Shown here in pieces: positions 25,132-38,919 of a stretch of 64,000 nucleotides of DNA. The position numbers and the translations under genes are program-made. The DNA lies in contig DATJPR010000098.1 in NCBI GenBank assembly GCA_035506295.1, positions 4,789 to 68,788 of the forward strand. Reading direction: 5' to 3'. Position 1 is the first letter of the stretch. Each line of letters begins with the position of its first letter. Source of the DNA: Bacteroidota bacterium (GTDB lineage Bacteria; Bacteroidota; Ignavibacteria; UBA10030; UBA6906). The notes under the pieces were generated by a model. The model saw only the letters and a program-made list of their open reading frames with translations. It was not told where the DNA came from and made no database searches.

Positions 25132-27311
25132 GACGCCTTCTCGACCGATGTGATAGTTGCAGTGAGCAGTTCGGTTTTCACCGTGTCGAACTCTCCGATC
25201 AACCGCTCAACGATATGATCGGTGGGATCGGGAAGCCGCACGGGTGATTGCATCGTACGGGCAAGCGCAGCCATCCGCATGGCGCCGATATTGCCGCAGA
25301 TCCCCGCGAGCGAGTGCACCAGCGTATGGAATTCTTCGACATTGCCGGTTTCCACCGACAGGCGCATTTTCTCCAGGCGCGTGGGAACCTCGCTTACGAA
25401 ATTCTGTACGAGCCGTTCCCAGAGATTGGTGGTGGACCGCGCTGTCAGCCGCTGCAACTCGTCTACTCTGTTATGGTCAAGACTGGGGAGCGTGTCCGGG
25501 TTGTCGAACGCGCGCTGTTGGGCCACGGTGCGGCCGTGCTGCCAGCGGGTTGTCCACACTTCCAGCATCCTGCGAAGGTCGTCGAGAAGGATCGGCTTGG
25601 GTACGAAGCCGTCCATGCCCGATTTCAGGCATAGCTCCCGTTCCTCCTGAAGCGCGCTGGCCGTCATCGCGATGATCGGCGTGCGCCCCGGCCGCGCGGC
25701 TTCGAGTTCCCGAATGCGTTTCGTCGCTTCGTATCCGTCCATGACGGGCATCTGGCAGTCCATCAGGATCAGGTCGTATTTCTTTGTCTGGTACAGCTCG
25801 ACCGCCTCCGCACCGTTTGTGGCGAACTCGATCGCCTGCCCCAGCCGTTCCAGCATGACGGAGGCGACCAGACGATTCGCCTCATTGTCTTCGACCACCA
25901 GCAAAGAGAGCTTCGGAAGAGGAACTTCGCCCCGCTCGACGGGGACCGGGGCCGGCATATCCTGATCGGTGATGGCGACCTCCTTGAACGCGGCGGTGAA
26001 CCAGAACAAGCTGCCGTTCCCGGGGGTGCTTTCGACACCAATGGAACCGCCCATCATTTCCGAGAGTTGCTTGGAGATGGTCAGGCCCAGCCCCGTTCCA
26101 CCGTACTTGCGCGTCGTCGATCCGTCCCCCTGGGAAAACGGGCGGAAGAGCACGGAAGCGATGTCCGCACTGATCCCGATGCCGGTGTCCCGGACCTCGA
26201 AACGGACTTTCACCTCGCCATTGGAAGCGCTTTCGCGCTTCGCGGTAACGGACACTTCCCCCTGGTGCGTGAACTTGATCGCGTTCCCCACCAGATTGTT
26301 CAGGATCTGGCTCACGCGAACGGAGTCGCCGCCCACCTCGCGCGGAAGTTCCGGATCGATGAGAAACGTGAGCGCCAGACCTTTTTCCTGCGCCTTCGGC
26401 GTGAAGAGTTGAATGCTCTGCATCACGACTTCGCGCACGGAAAGCGGGGCCAGGACGAGGGAGAGTTTGCCTGCTTCGATCTTCGAGAAATCCAGAATAT
26501 CGTTGATGACCGTCATCAGCGCATTGCAGCTTGTCTGCATGATCGCCAGATACTTGCGCTGCTCCTCCGTGGGCTCGGCGTCGAGCAGGAGATCCACCAA
26601 TCCCATGATTCCGTTCATCGGGGTGCGGATCTCGTGGCTCATGTTTGCGACGAAGTGGCGTTTCGCCACGTTGGCGACCTGCGCCTGTTCGAGGGCCTCG
26701 CGCAATTCATGGGTCCGTTTCTCGATCGCTTCTTCGAGGTGCCGGTTGTAGTCATTCAGTTGCTGGTGCAGGAGGGCGATCTCCAGTCCATGCGCGCAGT
26801 TGGAGAGGACGATCGATACAAGATTAAACAGGTGGTCGCTGCTCTCGCTTGAGGTCTCGGGGAGGATCCCGACGAACATGCCGATGACCTTGGAGCGAGT
26901 GGCAAGGCTGTGGAGCACCGCCGTCTTGCCGATGAATTTGGACGGGACGAGCACTGCGCGCGACTGGTTGAGGGCCCATGCGAACATCCCCTCATTCACC
27001 TGGAAATCGATTTCCTTCTGGATGAGGTCGCGGTCGCCTGCAGGGTCGAAGGCCTGCAGGTCGAAGTTCAGCGTTTCATCATCGACGAGGAGGAAGGCAA
27101 CGTTCCGGAATTCGATCAGGCGGCGGAGGTTGTCGCGTGTCGCGTCGAGAATTCCCCCCGTCTCAAGACCGGACGTCTGGCTTGCCTGAAAATCTCCGAG
27201 GGAGGCGATGAATTCGAGCGAGTCGAGCACCCACCGGTTCACGGTCTCGAAGTGTCGCGCCCGCTGTTCCGCCTGTCGGAGACGGTCATGGAGATCGCTA
27301 AAGTCGTTCAT
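25128..27311 (-). CDS. Hybrid sensor histidine kinase (GAF-like, HisKA, HATPase, REC, Hpt)
   Basis: 727 aa with no TM segment. H-box [16 protein letters not shown]-boxes DTGIGI and [13 protein letters not shown] domain ([32 protein letters not shown]), C-terminal Hpt ([17 protein letters not shown]). Confidence 0.9.
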   Translation of the reverse strand: MNDFSDLHDRLRQAEQRARHFETVNRWVLDSLEFIASLGDFQASQTSGLETGGILDATRDNLRRLIEFRNVAFLLVDDETLNFDLQAFDPAGDRDLIQKEIDFQVNEGMFAWALNQSRAVLVPSKFIGKTAVLHSLATRSKVIGMFVGILPETSSESSDHLFNLVSIVLSNCAHGLEIALLHQQLNDYNRHLEEAIEKRTHELREALEQAQVANVAKRHFVANMSHEIRTPMNGIMGLVDLLLDAEPTEEQRKYLAIMQTSCNALMTVINDILDFSKIEAGKLSLVLAPLSVREVVMQSIQLFTPKAQEKGLALTFLIDPELPREVGGDSVRVSQILNNLVGNAIKFTHQGEVSVTAKRESASNGEVKVRFEVRDTGIGISADIASVLFRPFSQGDGSTTRKYGGTGLGLTISKQLSEMMGGSIGVESTPGNGSLFWFTAAFKEVAITDQDMPAPVPVERGEVPLPKLSLLVVEDNEANRLVASVMLERLGQAIEFATNGAEAVELYQTKKYDLILMDCQMPVMDGYEATKRIRELEAARPGRTPIIAMTASALQEERELCLKSGMDGFVPKPILLDDLRRMLEVWTTRWQHGRTVAQQRAFDNPDTLPSLDHNRVDELQRLTARSTTNLWERLVQNFVSEVPTRLEKMRLSVETGNVEEFHTLVHSLAGICGNIGAMRMAALARTMQSPVRLPDPTDHIVERLIGEFDTVKTELLTATITSVEKAS

Positions 27312-27335
27312 GCCACGCAGCCGTTCTTCGGTTGT

Positions 27336-28184
27336 TTACAGGATGATTTGCACTGCGTCGACAAATTGTCGCTCCACCTGTTCCATCACGGTCAGTAATG
27401 CGCTCGCGGGGAGACCGAGCTTGTCCCATGCCTCGCTGTCCAGCGGCGGAACATACTGCTCGCCGTTCCCACCCAGCTCCATTGCATGCGCGATAATGTC
27501 GGCGACATGGACGATCGCCGTTTCGACCGGATACTTCGTCGCCGCCTTGGGGTTGTGATGAAACATCACCACTTCTTCCAGGCTTGCGGGAAGTTTCCAG
27601 GTCTGCAGGAGCACGCCGCCCACCACGGCGTGCGTGAAGCCGAAGGTCTCGCGCTCCTCCTCATAGAGCAGCTGCTGGGCGTCCCGCGCCCGGGTCAGCG
27701 CCTCTCGCGTTGCATCGGCCGCCTTGGTGAACATCACCAGCCGTCCGATATCATGCAGCACCCCGGCAACGAAGTGCCGCTCTGCGTTGGTCTCGCGCCG
27801 GAGCGTGGCGAGGACGCGAGCCGCAAGTCCGCACCCGACACAATGCCTCCAGAAGGAGTCCATGCTGACGAACCCCTCGGGAAGACCCTTGAACATCTGC
27901 ATCACCGACGTCGCCAGGGCGAGTGCCCCCAGTTGCTGCGTCCCGATGATGGTGACGGCCTGGGAGATCGTTTCCACGCGCGAGGGGAAGTTGTAGAACG
28001 CGCTGTTGACGATCCGCAGCAGCCGGGCGGTGAGACCGGGATCTTCGCGAATGATCTTCGCGATGTCCGCCATCGATTTCCGCGGGTTATTGATCGCCTC
28101 GTCGAGGCGGAGATGAATCATCGGGAGCGACGAAATTTCGACGTAACCGCGGAGCAAATCACGCGGGCTGGCTACTGCTACCAT
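27336..28184 (-). CDS. HDOD-domain protein
   Basis: 282 aa from ATG 28184. LPMIHLRLDEAINNPRKSMADIAKIIREDPGLTARLLRIVNSAFYNFPSRVETISQAVTIIGTQQL, HDIGRLVM and HVADIIAHAM are typical HDOD features. It overlaps the upstream ORF by 26 nt. Confidence 0.85.
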   Translation of the reverse strand: MVAVASPRDLLRGYVEISSLPMIHLRLDEAINNPRKSMADIAKIIREDPGLTARLLRIVNSAFYNFPSRVETISQAVTIIGTQQLGALALATSVMQMFKGLPEGFVSMDSFWRHCVGCGLAARVLATLRRETNAERHFVAGVLHDIGRLVMFTKAADATREALTRARDAQQLLYEEERETFGFTHAVVGGVLLQTWKLPASLEEVVMFHHNPKAATKYPVETAIVHVADIIAHAMELGGNGEQYVPPLDSEAWDKLGLPASALLTVMEQVERQFVDAVQIIL

Positions 28185-28521
28185 TGGTATCCTCCATCTT
28201 GCGTGCAAGACGCAGTGCGACAAGGCGAATGAGTTCTTTGACAACCAGGTGTTCCACATCACAATGGCGGAACAGCTCTCGTGCGCGCTGTTCGGCATCC
28301 CGATACACTTCAGGCCGGATGGCGGATGCCGCGCGCGCCGCGATCTCTTCCTGCTCGACGCCGAGGATATCGGCGTCCGTGACTCCCCACATCTTGAAAA
28401 TCCTGAGGGACTTTTCGTTCACTTCTTTCCCTGCCGCCAGGAGAATTCTGCCTGCCCGATCCTTGACGTCGCTGGCGAGGACCATTCCGGGAGTGATGTT
28501 TTCGATATTGATAATGGCCAT
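28159..28521 (-). CDS. Hypothetical 120-aa protein
   Basis: ATG ORF 8 nt after the upstream stop. The N-terminal ~55 aa (IINIENITPGMVLASDVKDRAGRILLAAGKEVNEKSLRIFKMWGVTDADIL) resemble, from memory, the beta-rich module often seen N-terminal to HD-GYP-type proteins. This is unverified. Confidence 0.55.
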   Translation of the reverse strand: MAIINIENITPGMVLASDVKDRAGRILLAAGKEVNEKSLRIFKMWGVTDADILGVEQEEIAARAASAIRPEVYRDAEQRARELFRHCDVEHLVVKELIRLVALRLARKMEDTNGSSSQPA

Positions 28522-28529
28522 AGACGATC

Positions 28530-29080
28530 CTACGAGGAATGTGAATTAAGCGCCTCCGCACGGGCACAGTCCGGGCAGAGCGCGTGTTCAAAAGCAGTTT
28601 CCGTCCTGTCCTCCACGTACGTCTCCACGGAGTGCCAGACGTTATCGGCGTCACGGATCTTCTTGCAGAACGAGCAAATCGGGAGCAGTCCTTCCAGCTG
28701 GCTGACTTCCGTCTGCAGATGCAGCACGCGTTCCGCGACGGACAGCCTCGCCTTCAGACCTTCCATATCGAACGGTTTCGTCACGAAGTCATCGGCCCCC
28801 GCGTTCATCCCTTCCAGATAACTTCCTTTCCCGCCGAGCGCGGTCAGCATGATGATGTAGGTATATTGATCGCGGTTTTCGGCGCGGATCATCCGGCACA
28901 ATTCCAACCCGTCGATGATCGGCATCATCCAATCCGTGATCACGATCCGTGGTCCCTCGCGTTGATAGGCGAACCAGGCGTCCCTGCCGTTCTCCGTCAC
29001 TACAACCTCGTATCCCAATTTCTTGAGCTTGGAGCTCAACACGAGACTGGATACCGGGTCGTCTTCGGCAATCAGTACTT

Positions 29081-29084
<4 letters not shown>
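28530..29084 (-). CDS. Response regulator: REC + C-terminal Cys4 (zinc-ribbon-like) module (copy 2)
   Basis: 184 aa with a GTG start in a GTGA overlap with the upstream kinase stop. REC domain, then [47 protein letters not shown]. Roughly half the residues are identical to copy 1 by eye, and all four Cys sit at identical positions (137, 140, 170, 173). Confidence 0.85.
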
Positions 29085-33445
<4,361 letters not shown>

Positions 33446-33517
33446 GAATTCTCTCGCTCCTGGAGTCACCACTGCCGCGGACTTCACCCAGGGCAGCATG
33501 ACGCGAGACTTCTAATC

Positions 33518-33532
33518 GCCAATCGTGTGCCA
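33518..33532 (-). promoter_or_regulatory. Candidate sigma-54-like -24/-12 element upstream of the giant kinase operon
   Basis: The minus strand 33532->33518 reads TGGCACACGATTGGC. The -24 element is exact, the GC dinucleotide is at the correct spacing, and there is one mismatch in the -12 box (TGGC versus TTGC). It lies ~73 nt upstream of ATG 33445. Confidence 0.45.
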
Positions 33533-33611
33533 AGTATTCCCGCTGAAAACCTTCGTGTTTCCCTTCTGTTCGAGATTTTCGTCGATAGGAACGAGCGTTC
33601 CGAAGCTGAGT

Positions 33612-33627
33612 TGGCTAACATTAGCCA
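33612..33627. promoter_or_regulatory. Palindrome TGGCTAA-CA-TTAGCCA (candidate activator/operator site)
   Basis: Perfect 7-bp arms with a 2-nt spacer, ~80 nt upstream of the -24 element at 33532. That is a typical distance for an enhancer-binding-protein site. Confidence 0.35.
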
Positions 33628-33708
33628 GATGGAGAACGAACCAATTGAGGCATCCTCGAGTAAGAAAAGGGGCTGGACTCACAAAGCTGACAGGAGGAGA
33701 GATCGCGA

Positions 33709-33750
33709 CGAAAAACGCATGAGGGCGATCCCGAAAGCAGGATCGCCCTC
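33709..33750 (-). terminator. Rho-independent terminator after the MCP gene
   Basis: Perfect 11-bp stem GAGGGCGATCC / GGATCGCCCTC (33721-33731 / 33740-33750) with an 8-nt loop. On the minus strand it is followed by ATGCGTTTTTCG (U5 run). It lies 40 nt after the MCP stop. Confidence 0.7.
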
Positions 33751-33790
33751 ACCGATGTCTGTTCAGTAGCGGCCGTTGTTTCCCGGCCGG

Positions 33791-36724
33791 TCATTCGTGC
33801 CGGACAAGCCTTCCGTTCGCCGTCGCTGCCACTGACCCCCGCTCCTCATGATGCATCGCTGCCGCTCCATGACTGCCGTGCCCCGTGATCTTGAAGTGCC
33901 CGACAAGATCCTTCAGGTTCTCCGTCAGTCGATTGAGGTCCTCGGCGGCGCGGGCGATCTGCTGGGTTCCCGATCCGGTCTCGTTCGTCACCGCGGAGAT
34001 CGCTTCGATGTTCTTCGAGATCTGTTCCGCCGACGCGGATTGCTGTTCCGACGCGGCGGCGATTTGCTGGACCATTTCCATGACTTTTTGGCTCACGCCG
34101 ACGATCTCTTCCAGCGAACGTCCGGCTTTGTCGGCCATCTGGATGCCCGCCTCGACTTCCTGCGTTCCGCGGTCCATCGATTCCACGGCCCCGGCGGTAT
34201 CGACCTGGATCTTCTTGATCATGCCGGCAATTTCCTTCGTGGCTTTGACGGTGCGCTCCGCGAGCTTCCGCACTTCGTCGGCCACAACGGCAAAGCCGCG
34301 GCCCTGGTCTCCCGCGCGCGCCGCTTCGATGGCGGCATTCAGCGCGAGCAGGTTCGTCTGGTCTGCGATGTCGTCGATCACCGAAATGATCTCGCCGATC
34401 TGATCACTGGAGTGGCCGAGTTCCTTGACGGTCTTCGCGGACGTATGCACGACGTCGGCGATCCTGCGCATCCCGGCTACGGTCTGCTTCACGACCTCGC
34501 CACCCTGCGTTGCGGAATCCTTCGCCTTCCGCGCCGTCTCCGCGGTGGTTGAGGCGCTCTTGGAATTCTCCATGATCGTCCTCGTCATCAGCTCCATGGC
34601 GCCGGCCACTTCGGCCGTCTGGCTCGCTTGTTCTTGCGCGCCGGCCGCCATCTCTTCGGTGCTTGAACTGATCTGATTCGACGAGCTTGCTGTCGCGCTC
34701 ACAGCCTCCGAGACCTCGCCCAGCGCCAGCGAGAGGCTTTCGGCGACCTTGTTGATGGAGTCCTTGATCAGGCGGTGATCGCCCCGGAACTCCGTGACGA
34801 CCCGCCCCGTAAGATCTCCTTTTCCCATCGCTTCAAGAACATGTGACCCTTCCTCGATCGGCTTGATCACGGTGTCGAGCGTGCCGTTGAACCCCTCGAC
34901 GATTCTCCTGAAGTCGCCCTGATGACGGCTGACCTCGGCCCGCATGGACAGCTTCCCTTCCATGGCTCCATCGGCAAGCGTCCGCGCGTCGTCGACGAGC
35001 AGCCTGATGGCATCAAGACATGCGTTGAGATTCAGGATGAGGGTGTTGAAGTCTCCCGAATAGGCGTGGGTGATCCGTTCGGGGATGTCGCCCTTCGCCA
35101 GGCGATCGATGCATCCTGCCGCAACGCTCAGCGGTCCCACCACTGCGTCCATGGTGGCGTTCACGCCTTCGACAATCTTGCGGAAATCGCCGTGATGCTG
35201 CGAGGCGTTCACTCTTGTCGAGAGTCGCCCTTCGACGGCTGCCGTCGACAGCTGACCCGTGTCGGCGATCAGCCTGTTCACCGCGTCGATGCAGCGGTTC
35301 AGGCTGTTCTTCATATCGTTGAAATCACCGGCATAGTCGTCCGAGATCCTCGCGGGAATATCGCCGTTGGAAATGCGGTCGAGATAGCCCGCCGCCATGC
35401 TCAACGGTCCGATGACGGCATCGAGAGTCTTGTTCATCCCCTCGATGATCTTGCGGAAATCTCCTTCGTGGCGCGACCCGTCGGCGCGGACGGACAGATG
35501 CCCTTCGACACCCGCGTTCGACAGAAGCGTGGTGTCGGTGACCAGCGCGGTGATCGCGTCGATGCACTGGTTGACGTTGTTCTGCAGCTTGCTGAAATCG
35601 CCCCTGGCTTCCGCCGTGATCTTGGGGGGAATATCGCCTTTGCTGATCCGGTCGACATACGATGCGGCCATGGTCAACGGACCAATGACGGCATCAAGCG
35701 TATCGTTGATCCCCTGCACGATATCCCGGTAGCCGCCTTGAAACGCGGCGCTGTTGCCACGTTCGGAAAGCTGTCCATCGATGGCCGTTCTCGTAAGCCG
35801 GCCGGTCTCTTCCACAAGTCCCCGGAGGGAGTTCACCACTTCGGTCAACCCCGCGGCCAGCATGTCGCTGGAGGAACTGCGCGGGATATCGGTCTTCAGG
35901 TCCCCCGCCGCGATCGCCGTCAACGCCTTGACCTGCGCCTTGATGTTCTCCGTCATCGTGCTGAATGCACGCTCCAGGTCACCGAACTCGTCCTTGGACT
36001 GGACCGCGACGGAAACGCTGTAGTCGCCGTCCGTGAGCTGCCCCATGACCTGCTGGAGCGACTTGATCGGGCGAGCCAGCCGGGGTGCGATCACGAACGT
36101 CCAGAACGCGAAGATGCATGCGCCGATCCCCATCCCGATCAGCGAAAGGATGATGATTGAGGACATGCTGCTGTTCATGGACTTCTGCAGACTCGTGGCC
36201 CGGTCGATGAGGACATGGTCCACGGAGTCGAAGGTCGCCATCATCTCCTTCCCGAGGGTGATGCCGTCGGTGCTCTGGATGTCGGCAGCCATCTCGAAGT
36301 TCTTCGTGATGGAGGCACTCAGAATCGGGTCGGCGACGAACGACTTGTAGTTCTTCCATTTCGCGCGGACGCCCGTGATCCCCTGCTTCACCTCAGGCAC
36401 CGTCGACAGTGTGTCCAGGGTATCCAACGCCGCATCGATGGTCTTCCGCGCTTCCTGGTACGCCGCAACATGGTCCTTGAAATTTGTCGCGAATTGCTTC
36501 GTCGACAATTTCATCATGACGTTCTGGACTTCCAGGAGGTTGGCGTGCACGGACTCGATTTGTTCTTTCGACCGGATATAGATCTGGAAGATCTCCTGGT
36601 CGATCGTCTTTGTGGTCCGCGACAAGTAGAAGAGGTTCAGGCTAATAATCAGCGTCGCCACGCCGCCAATGGCCAGATAGCCGTACTGGACCTTGCGAAC
36701 GAATTTCCTGTTTCGGAACCGCAT
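33791..36724 (-). CDS. Methyl-accepting chemotaxis protein with a poly-HAMP array
   Basis: 977 aa. Two TM helices (aa ~14-34 and ~188-213) flank a ~150-aa periplasmic helical domain. These are followed by a HAMP domain, four 91-aa HAMP-like repeats and a canonical MCP signalling domain ([41 protein letters not shown]). Confidence 0.92.
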   Translation of the reverse strand: MRFRNRKFVRKVQYGYLAIGGVATLIISLNLFYLSRTTKTIDQEIFQIYIRSKEQIESVHANLLEVQNVMMKLSTKQFATNFKDHVAAYQEARKTIDAALDTLDTLSTVPEVKQGITGVRAKWKNYKSFVADPILSASITKNFEMAADIQSTDGITLGKEMMATFDSVDHVLIDRATSLQKSMNSSMSSIIILSLIGMGIGACIFAFWTFVIAPRLARPIKSLQQVMGQLTDGDYSVSVAVQSKDEFGDLERAFSTMTENIKAQVKALTAIAAGDLKTDIPRSSSSDMLAAGLTEVVNSLRGLVEETGRLTRTAIDGQLSERGNSAAFQGGYRDIVQGINDTLDAVIGPLTMAASYVDRISKGDIPPKITAEARGDFSKLQNNVNQCIDAITALVTDTTLLSNAGVEGHLSVRADGSRHEGDFRKIIEGMNKTLDAVIGPLSMAAGYLDRISNGDIPARISDDYAGDFNDMKNSLNRCIDAVNRLIADTGQLSTAAVEGRLSTRVNASQHHGDFRKIVEGVNATMDAVVGPLSVAAGCIDRLAKGDIPERITHAYSGDFNTLILNLNACLDAIRLLVDDARTLADGAMEGKLSMRAEVSRHQGDFRRIVEGFNGTLDTVIKPIEEGSHVLEAMGKGDLTGRVVTEFRGDHRLIKDSINKVAESLSLALGEVSEAVSATASSSNQISSSTEEMAAGAQEQASQTAEVAGAMELMTRTIMENSKSASTTAETARKAKDSATQGGEVVKQTVAGMRRIADVVHTSAKTVKELGHSSDQIGEIISVIDDIADQTNLLALNAAIEAARAGDQGRGFAVVADEVRKLAERTVKATKEIAGMIKKIQVDTAGAVESMDRGTQEVEAGIQMADKAGRSLEEIVGVSQKVMEMVQQIAAASEQQSASAEQISKNIEAISAVTNETGSGTQQIARAAEDLNRLTENLKDLVGHFKITGHGSHGAAAMHHEERGSVAATANGRLVRHE
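34691..35782 (-). repeat. Four tandem, diverged 273-nt (91-codon) intragenic repeats inside the MCP gene
   Basis: Protein units start at aa 316, 407, 498 and 589 (DGQLSERG / EGHLSVRA / EGRLSTRV / EGKLSMRA) with an exact 91-aa period. Each contains GDFRKI(I/V)EG.N.TLDAV.GPL and (K/N)GDIP..I....GDF. Confidence 0.75.
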
Positions 36725-36751
36725 GGGGGAACTCTCGTGTATGCGCTATGA

Positions 36752-37159
36752 TTATTGAATCTTGAATGTGATGGGGATCGACAGCTGAACTTTCACCGCG
36801 GCCCCGTTTTGTTTGCCCGGCGAGAACTTCGTCTCCTTCACTGCCTTCATCGCCGCGTCGTCGCATCCAGCGGGCAGGCCTTTGATGACCTTCACATCGT
36901 CGACGTCGCCCTTTTCGTTGATGTAGGCGACGAGGTAGATCTTTCCTTCGATTCGTGACGCGCGGGCGAGATCAGGGTAGACGATGCGTTTGACTATTGC
37001 CGGCAGACCGCCTACAGGCTCAGGCATGACATCGGCAAACGGGAGATAAGCGGTCTCTTTTTCATCCCCTCCAGGCATCGGAAGAGCCGACGGGCGAGCG
37101 ACGCTCAAACCGCTGGAAGTGAGAACCACAAGAGTGAATAGAACGGCAATCCGCTTCAT
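36752..37159 (-). CDS. Secreted TonB C-terminal-domain protein
   Basis: 135 aa from ATG 37159. Signal peptide MKRIAVLFTLVVLTSSGLSVA, then a TonB_C-like fold motif (PEPVGGLPAIVKRIVYPDLARASRIEGKIYLVAYINEKGDVDDVKVIKGL...AAMKAVKETKFSPGKQNGAAVKVQLSIPITF). It has no TM anchor or Pro-rich spacer. Its stop is 27 nt before the MCP ATG. Confidence 0.75.
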   Translation of the reverse strand: MKRIAVLFTLVVLTSSGLSVARPSALPMPGGDEKETAYLPFADVMPEPVGGLPAIVKRIVYPDLARASRIEGKIYLVAYINEKGDVDDVKVIKGLPAGCDDAAMKAVKETKFSPGKQNGAAVKVQLSIPITFKIQ

Positions 37160-37250
37160 AACTGTGTCTCCGCTGTTTGATGGATCGGATGCAACACACT
37201 CCAGTCCATGCCGGAGTGCCACGAGGGGAGTCCCGTGTTCATTGAACGTG

Positions 37251-37268
37251 ATGCCAATCCGATGCCAA
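37251..37268 (-). promoter_or_regulatory. Weak candidate sigma-54-like element / direct repeat upstream of the TonB_C gene
   Basis: The minus strand 37268->37251 reads TTGGCATCGGATTGGCAT, that is TGGCAT-N5-TGGC with GG and GC at the correct spacing and one -12 mismatch. It is also a direct repeat of TTGGCAT. It sits in the 247-nt gap after cheW. Confidence 0.3.
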
Positions 37269-37406
37269 AATAAATCTGCTCTCTATTGTTGTCTTCGAGC
37301 ATGTCTACGATCTCTGTTCGGAAATTTCTCCCTCTCCATTTTGTAATAATCTCCGCGTCATGGAAGCTGACGCCGCACCTCGTTCTCCTCGTGCCGCCCG
37401 GGGCAA

Positions 37407-37901
37407 CTATGCGACGGCGCTGACGGCCTCCTGCTGCCCCTCGGTCAGGATTTTCTCCAGGTCAAGGAGGATCAGCAACCGGTCATCGAGCTTTCCGACG
37501 GCCGTAATGTATTCCGCCTTCACGCTACCTGCCAGGGACGGGGGAGGCTCGGTCACGCTGCGGGGGATCCGGAGAACTTCATGGACTGCGTCGACGACGA
37601 ACCCCACGACCTTTCCGCCGAGCTCCACCACGACAATCCGCGTGTTCTTATTGCGTTCGATGCGATCCATGCCGAATCGCCGCCGGAGGTTGACGATCGG
37701 GATCACCTTGCCGCGCAGATTGATCACGCCGTCCACGAACTCAGGAGCGTTGGGAACCCGCGTGACTTCGAGCATGCGGTTGATTTCTTGCACCTTGAGG
37801 ATATCGACACCGAACTCTTCGTCACCAATTTTGAAGCTCACCAGCTGGAGGAGTTCCTCCGTCCCTGCCGCCTGAGCCTCTTCCGATCCTGTTGCAGTCA
37901 T
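37407..37901 (-). CDS. cheW: Chemotaxis coupling protein CheW
   Basis: 164 aa. LQLVSFKIGDEEFGVDILKVQEINRMLEVTRVPNAPEFVDGVINLRGKVIPIVNLRRRFG...IVVVELGGKVVGFVVDAVHEVLRI is the CheW signature. Confidence 0.92.
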   Translation of the reverse strand: MTATGSEEAQAAGTEELLQLVSFKIGDEEFGVDILKVQEINRMLEVTRVPNAPEFVDGVINLRGKVIPIVNLRRRFGMDRIERNKNTRIVVVELGGKVVGFVVDAVHEVLRIPRSVTEPPPSLAGSVKAEYITAVGKLDDRLLILLDLEKILTEGQQEAVSAVA

Positions 37902-38119
37902 ACGTTCCTCTGGTTGTTCCTTGCTAAGAATACCTCATCATACACCACGGCGTCCTCTTCGGACGATCCCCCGTCATCTTCGAGAGTGAAGAACCGGCAA
38001 TCGGGATAGTGGCGCTCCTCATCCTCAGACATTTCGTGGTGGCACTCGGGACATCGTGCCTGCAGAACCCCGATCGGGGGATGATGGGGAGAGCGTTCCG
38101 GGAATTCGGAGATTCTCAT
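37898..38119 (-). CDS. Hypothetical 73-aa acidic Cys/His-containing miniprotein
   Basis: From ATG 38119: MRISEFPERSPHHPPIGVLQARCPECHHEMSEDEERHYPDCRFFTLEDDGGSSEEDAVVYDEVFLARNNQRNV. Its stop overlaps the cheW ATG (ATGA), which suggests translational coupling. The track ORF is extended to 38329. Confidence 0.4.
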   Translation of the reverse strand: MRISEFPERSPHHPPIGVLQARCPECHHEMSEDEERHYPDCRFFTLEDDGGSSEEDAVVYDEVFLARNNQRNV

Positions 38120-38189
38120 GCTGTGCTTCCTTACCGCTTGTCGTCCTTGGGGAGCGTGAGGGCACCGTAGGGCCTTCGGCACCAGCCTC

Positions 38190-38414
38190 TCACGTCCCGC
38201 GTCCTTCCTCGCTTCGGAACCGCGACGCGGCGATGGCCAGCGTCGTTCCGCACTGTGCGTGGCAATGTGTGAAGAGCAGCAGGCCTTCGACGGGAATGCC
38301 GTCCAATGCCCGTCGTTTGAGATACACATAGCCTTCGAAGTGGTTCTCCGGATCGTTCAAAAAATCGTCGCGGCTCGACCACTCACGCGTGCACAAACTG
38401 CATTTCTTGAACAT
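38190..38414 (-). CDS. Hypothetical 74-aa Cys-rich miniprotein
   Basis: From ATG 38414: MFKKCSLCTREWSSRDDFLNDPENHFEGYVYLKRRALDGIPVEGLLLFTHCHAQCGTTLAIAASRFRSEEGRGT (CxxC ... HCxxxC). It starts 34 nt after the upstream REC gene stop. Confidence 0.45.
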   Translation of the reverse strand: MFKKCSLCTREWSSRDDFLNDPENHFEGYVYLKRRALDGIPVEGLLLFTHCHAQCGTTLAIAASRFRSEEGRGT

Positions 38415-38448
38415 CGATTCGTCCTGTGCACCGAGCTCCTCCGGTCCG

Positions 38449-38868
38449 TCAGCAGGCTTCGCCGAGCAGATCAGGGAGGAGATCCTGTAGTCGGTATAGT
38501 TCCGCCGGCTTTCGAATGTACGCGGCAAATGCGACCCCATGGGAGCGCTCCCGAATCTCTTCCGCCGGATATCCTGAGATCACGATGGACGGGACATCGA
38601 TTCCCGAGCGGCGCAACGCCGCGATCAGGTCGATTCCCGTCTTCCCGACCAGCTGGAAATCGGTGAGCACCAGATCGATTCTCGTCGTCTCGCATGCCTT
38701 CAGCGCCGCCTCGACACTCTCCGCCGGGAGGACGTTATATCCCAGCGAATGAATCAAGCCGCACAATGATCGGCGAAAGAGATCATCGTCCTCCACCACG
38801 AGAATCCTCTTTCCGGACACCATCTGCCACTGATCGGTAGTCACTTTCGACATCCCCCATGAGTTCAT
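38449..38868 (-). CDS. Single-domain response regulator
   Basis: REC domain: ILVVEDDDLFRRSL, LVLTDFQLVGKTG, IVISGYP, YIRKP. The start is set to the first ATG (38868) downstream of the sigma-54 promoter. ATG 38853 and 38823 are also possible. The track start at 38940 lies upstream of the promoter. Confidence 0.8.
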   Translation of the reverse strand: MNSWGMSKVTTDQWQMVSGKRILVVEDDDLFRRSLCGLIHSLGYNVLPAESVEAALKACETTRIDLVLTDFQLVGKTGIDLIAALRRSGIDVPSIVISGYPAEEIRERSHGVAFAAYIRKPAELYRLQDLLPDLLGEAC

Positions 38869-38919
38869 GATCCGCGCGTACTTCGCGAATCGATTCCCCC
38901 GACAACAGTGCAGAAAAGG

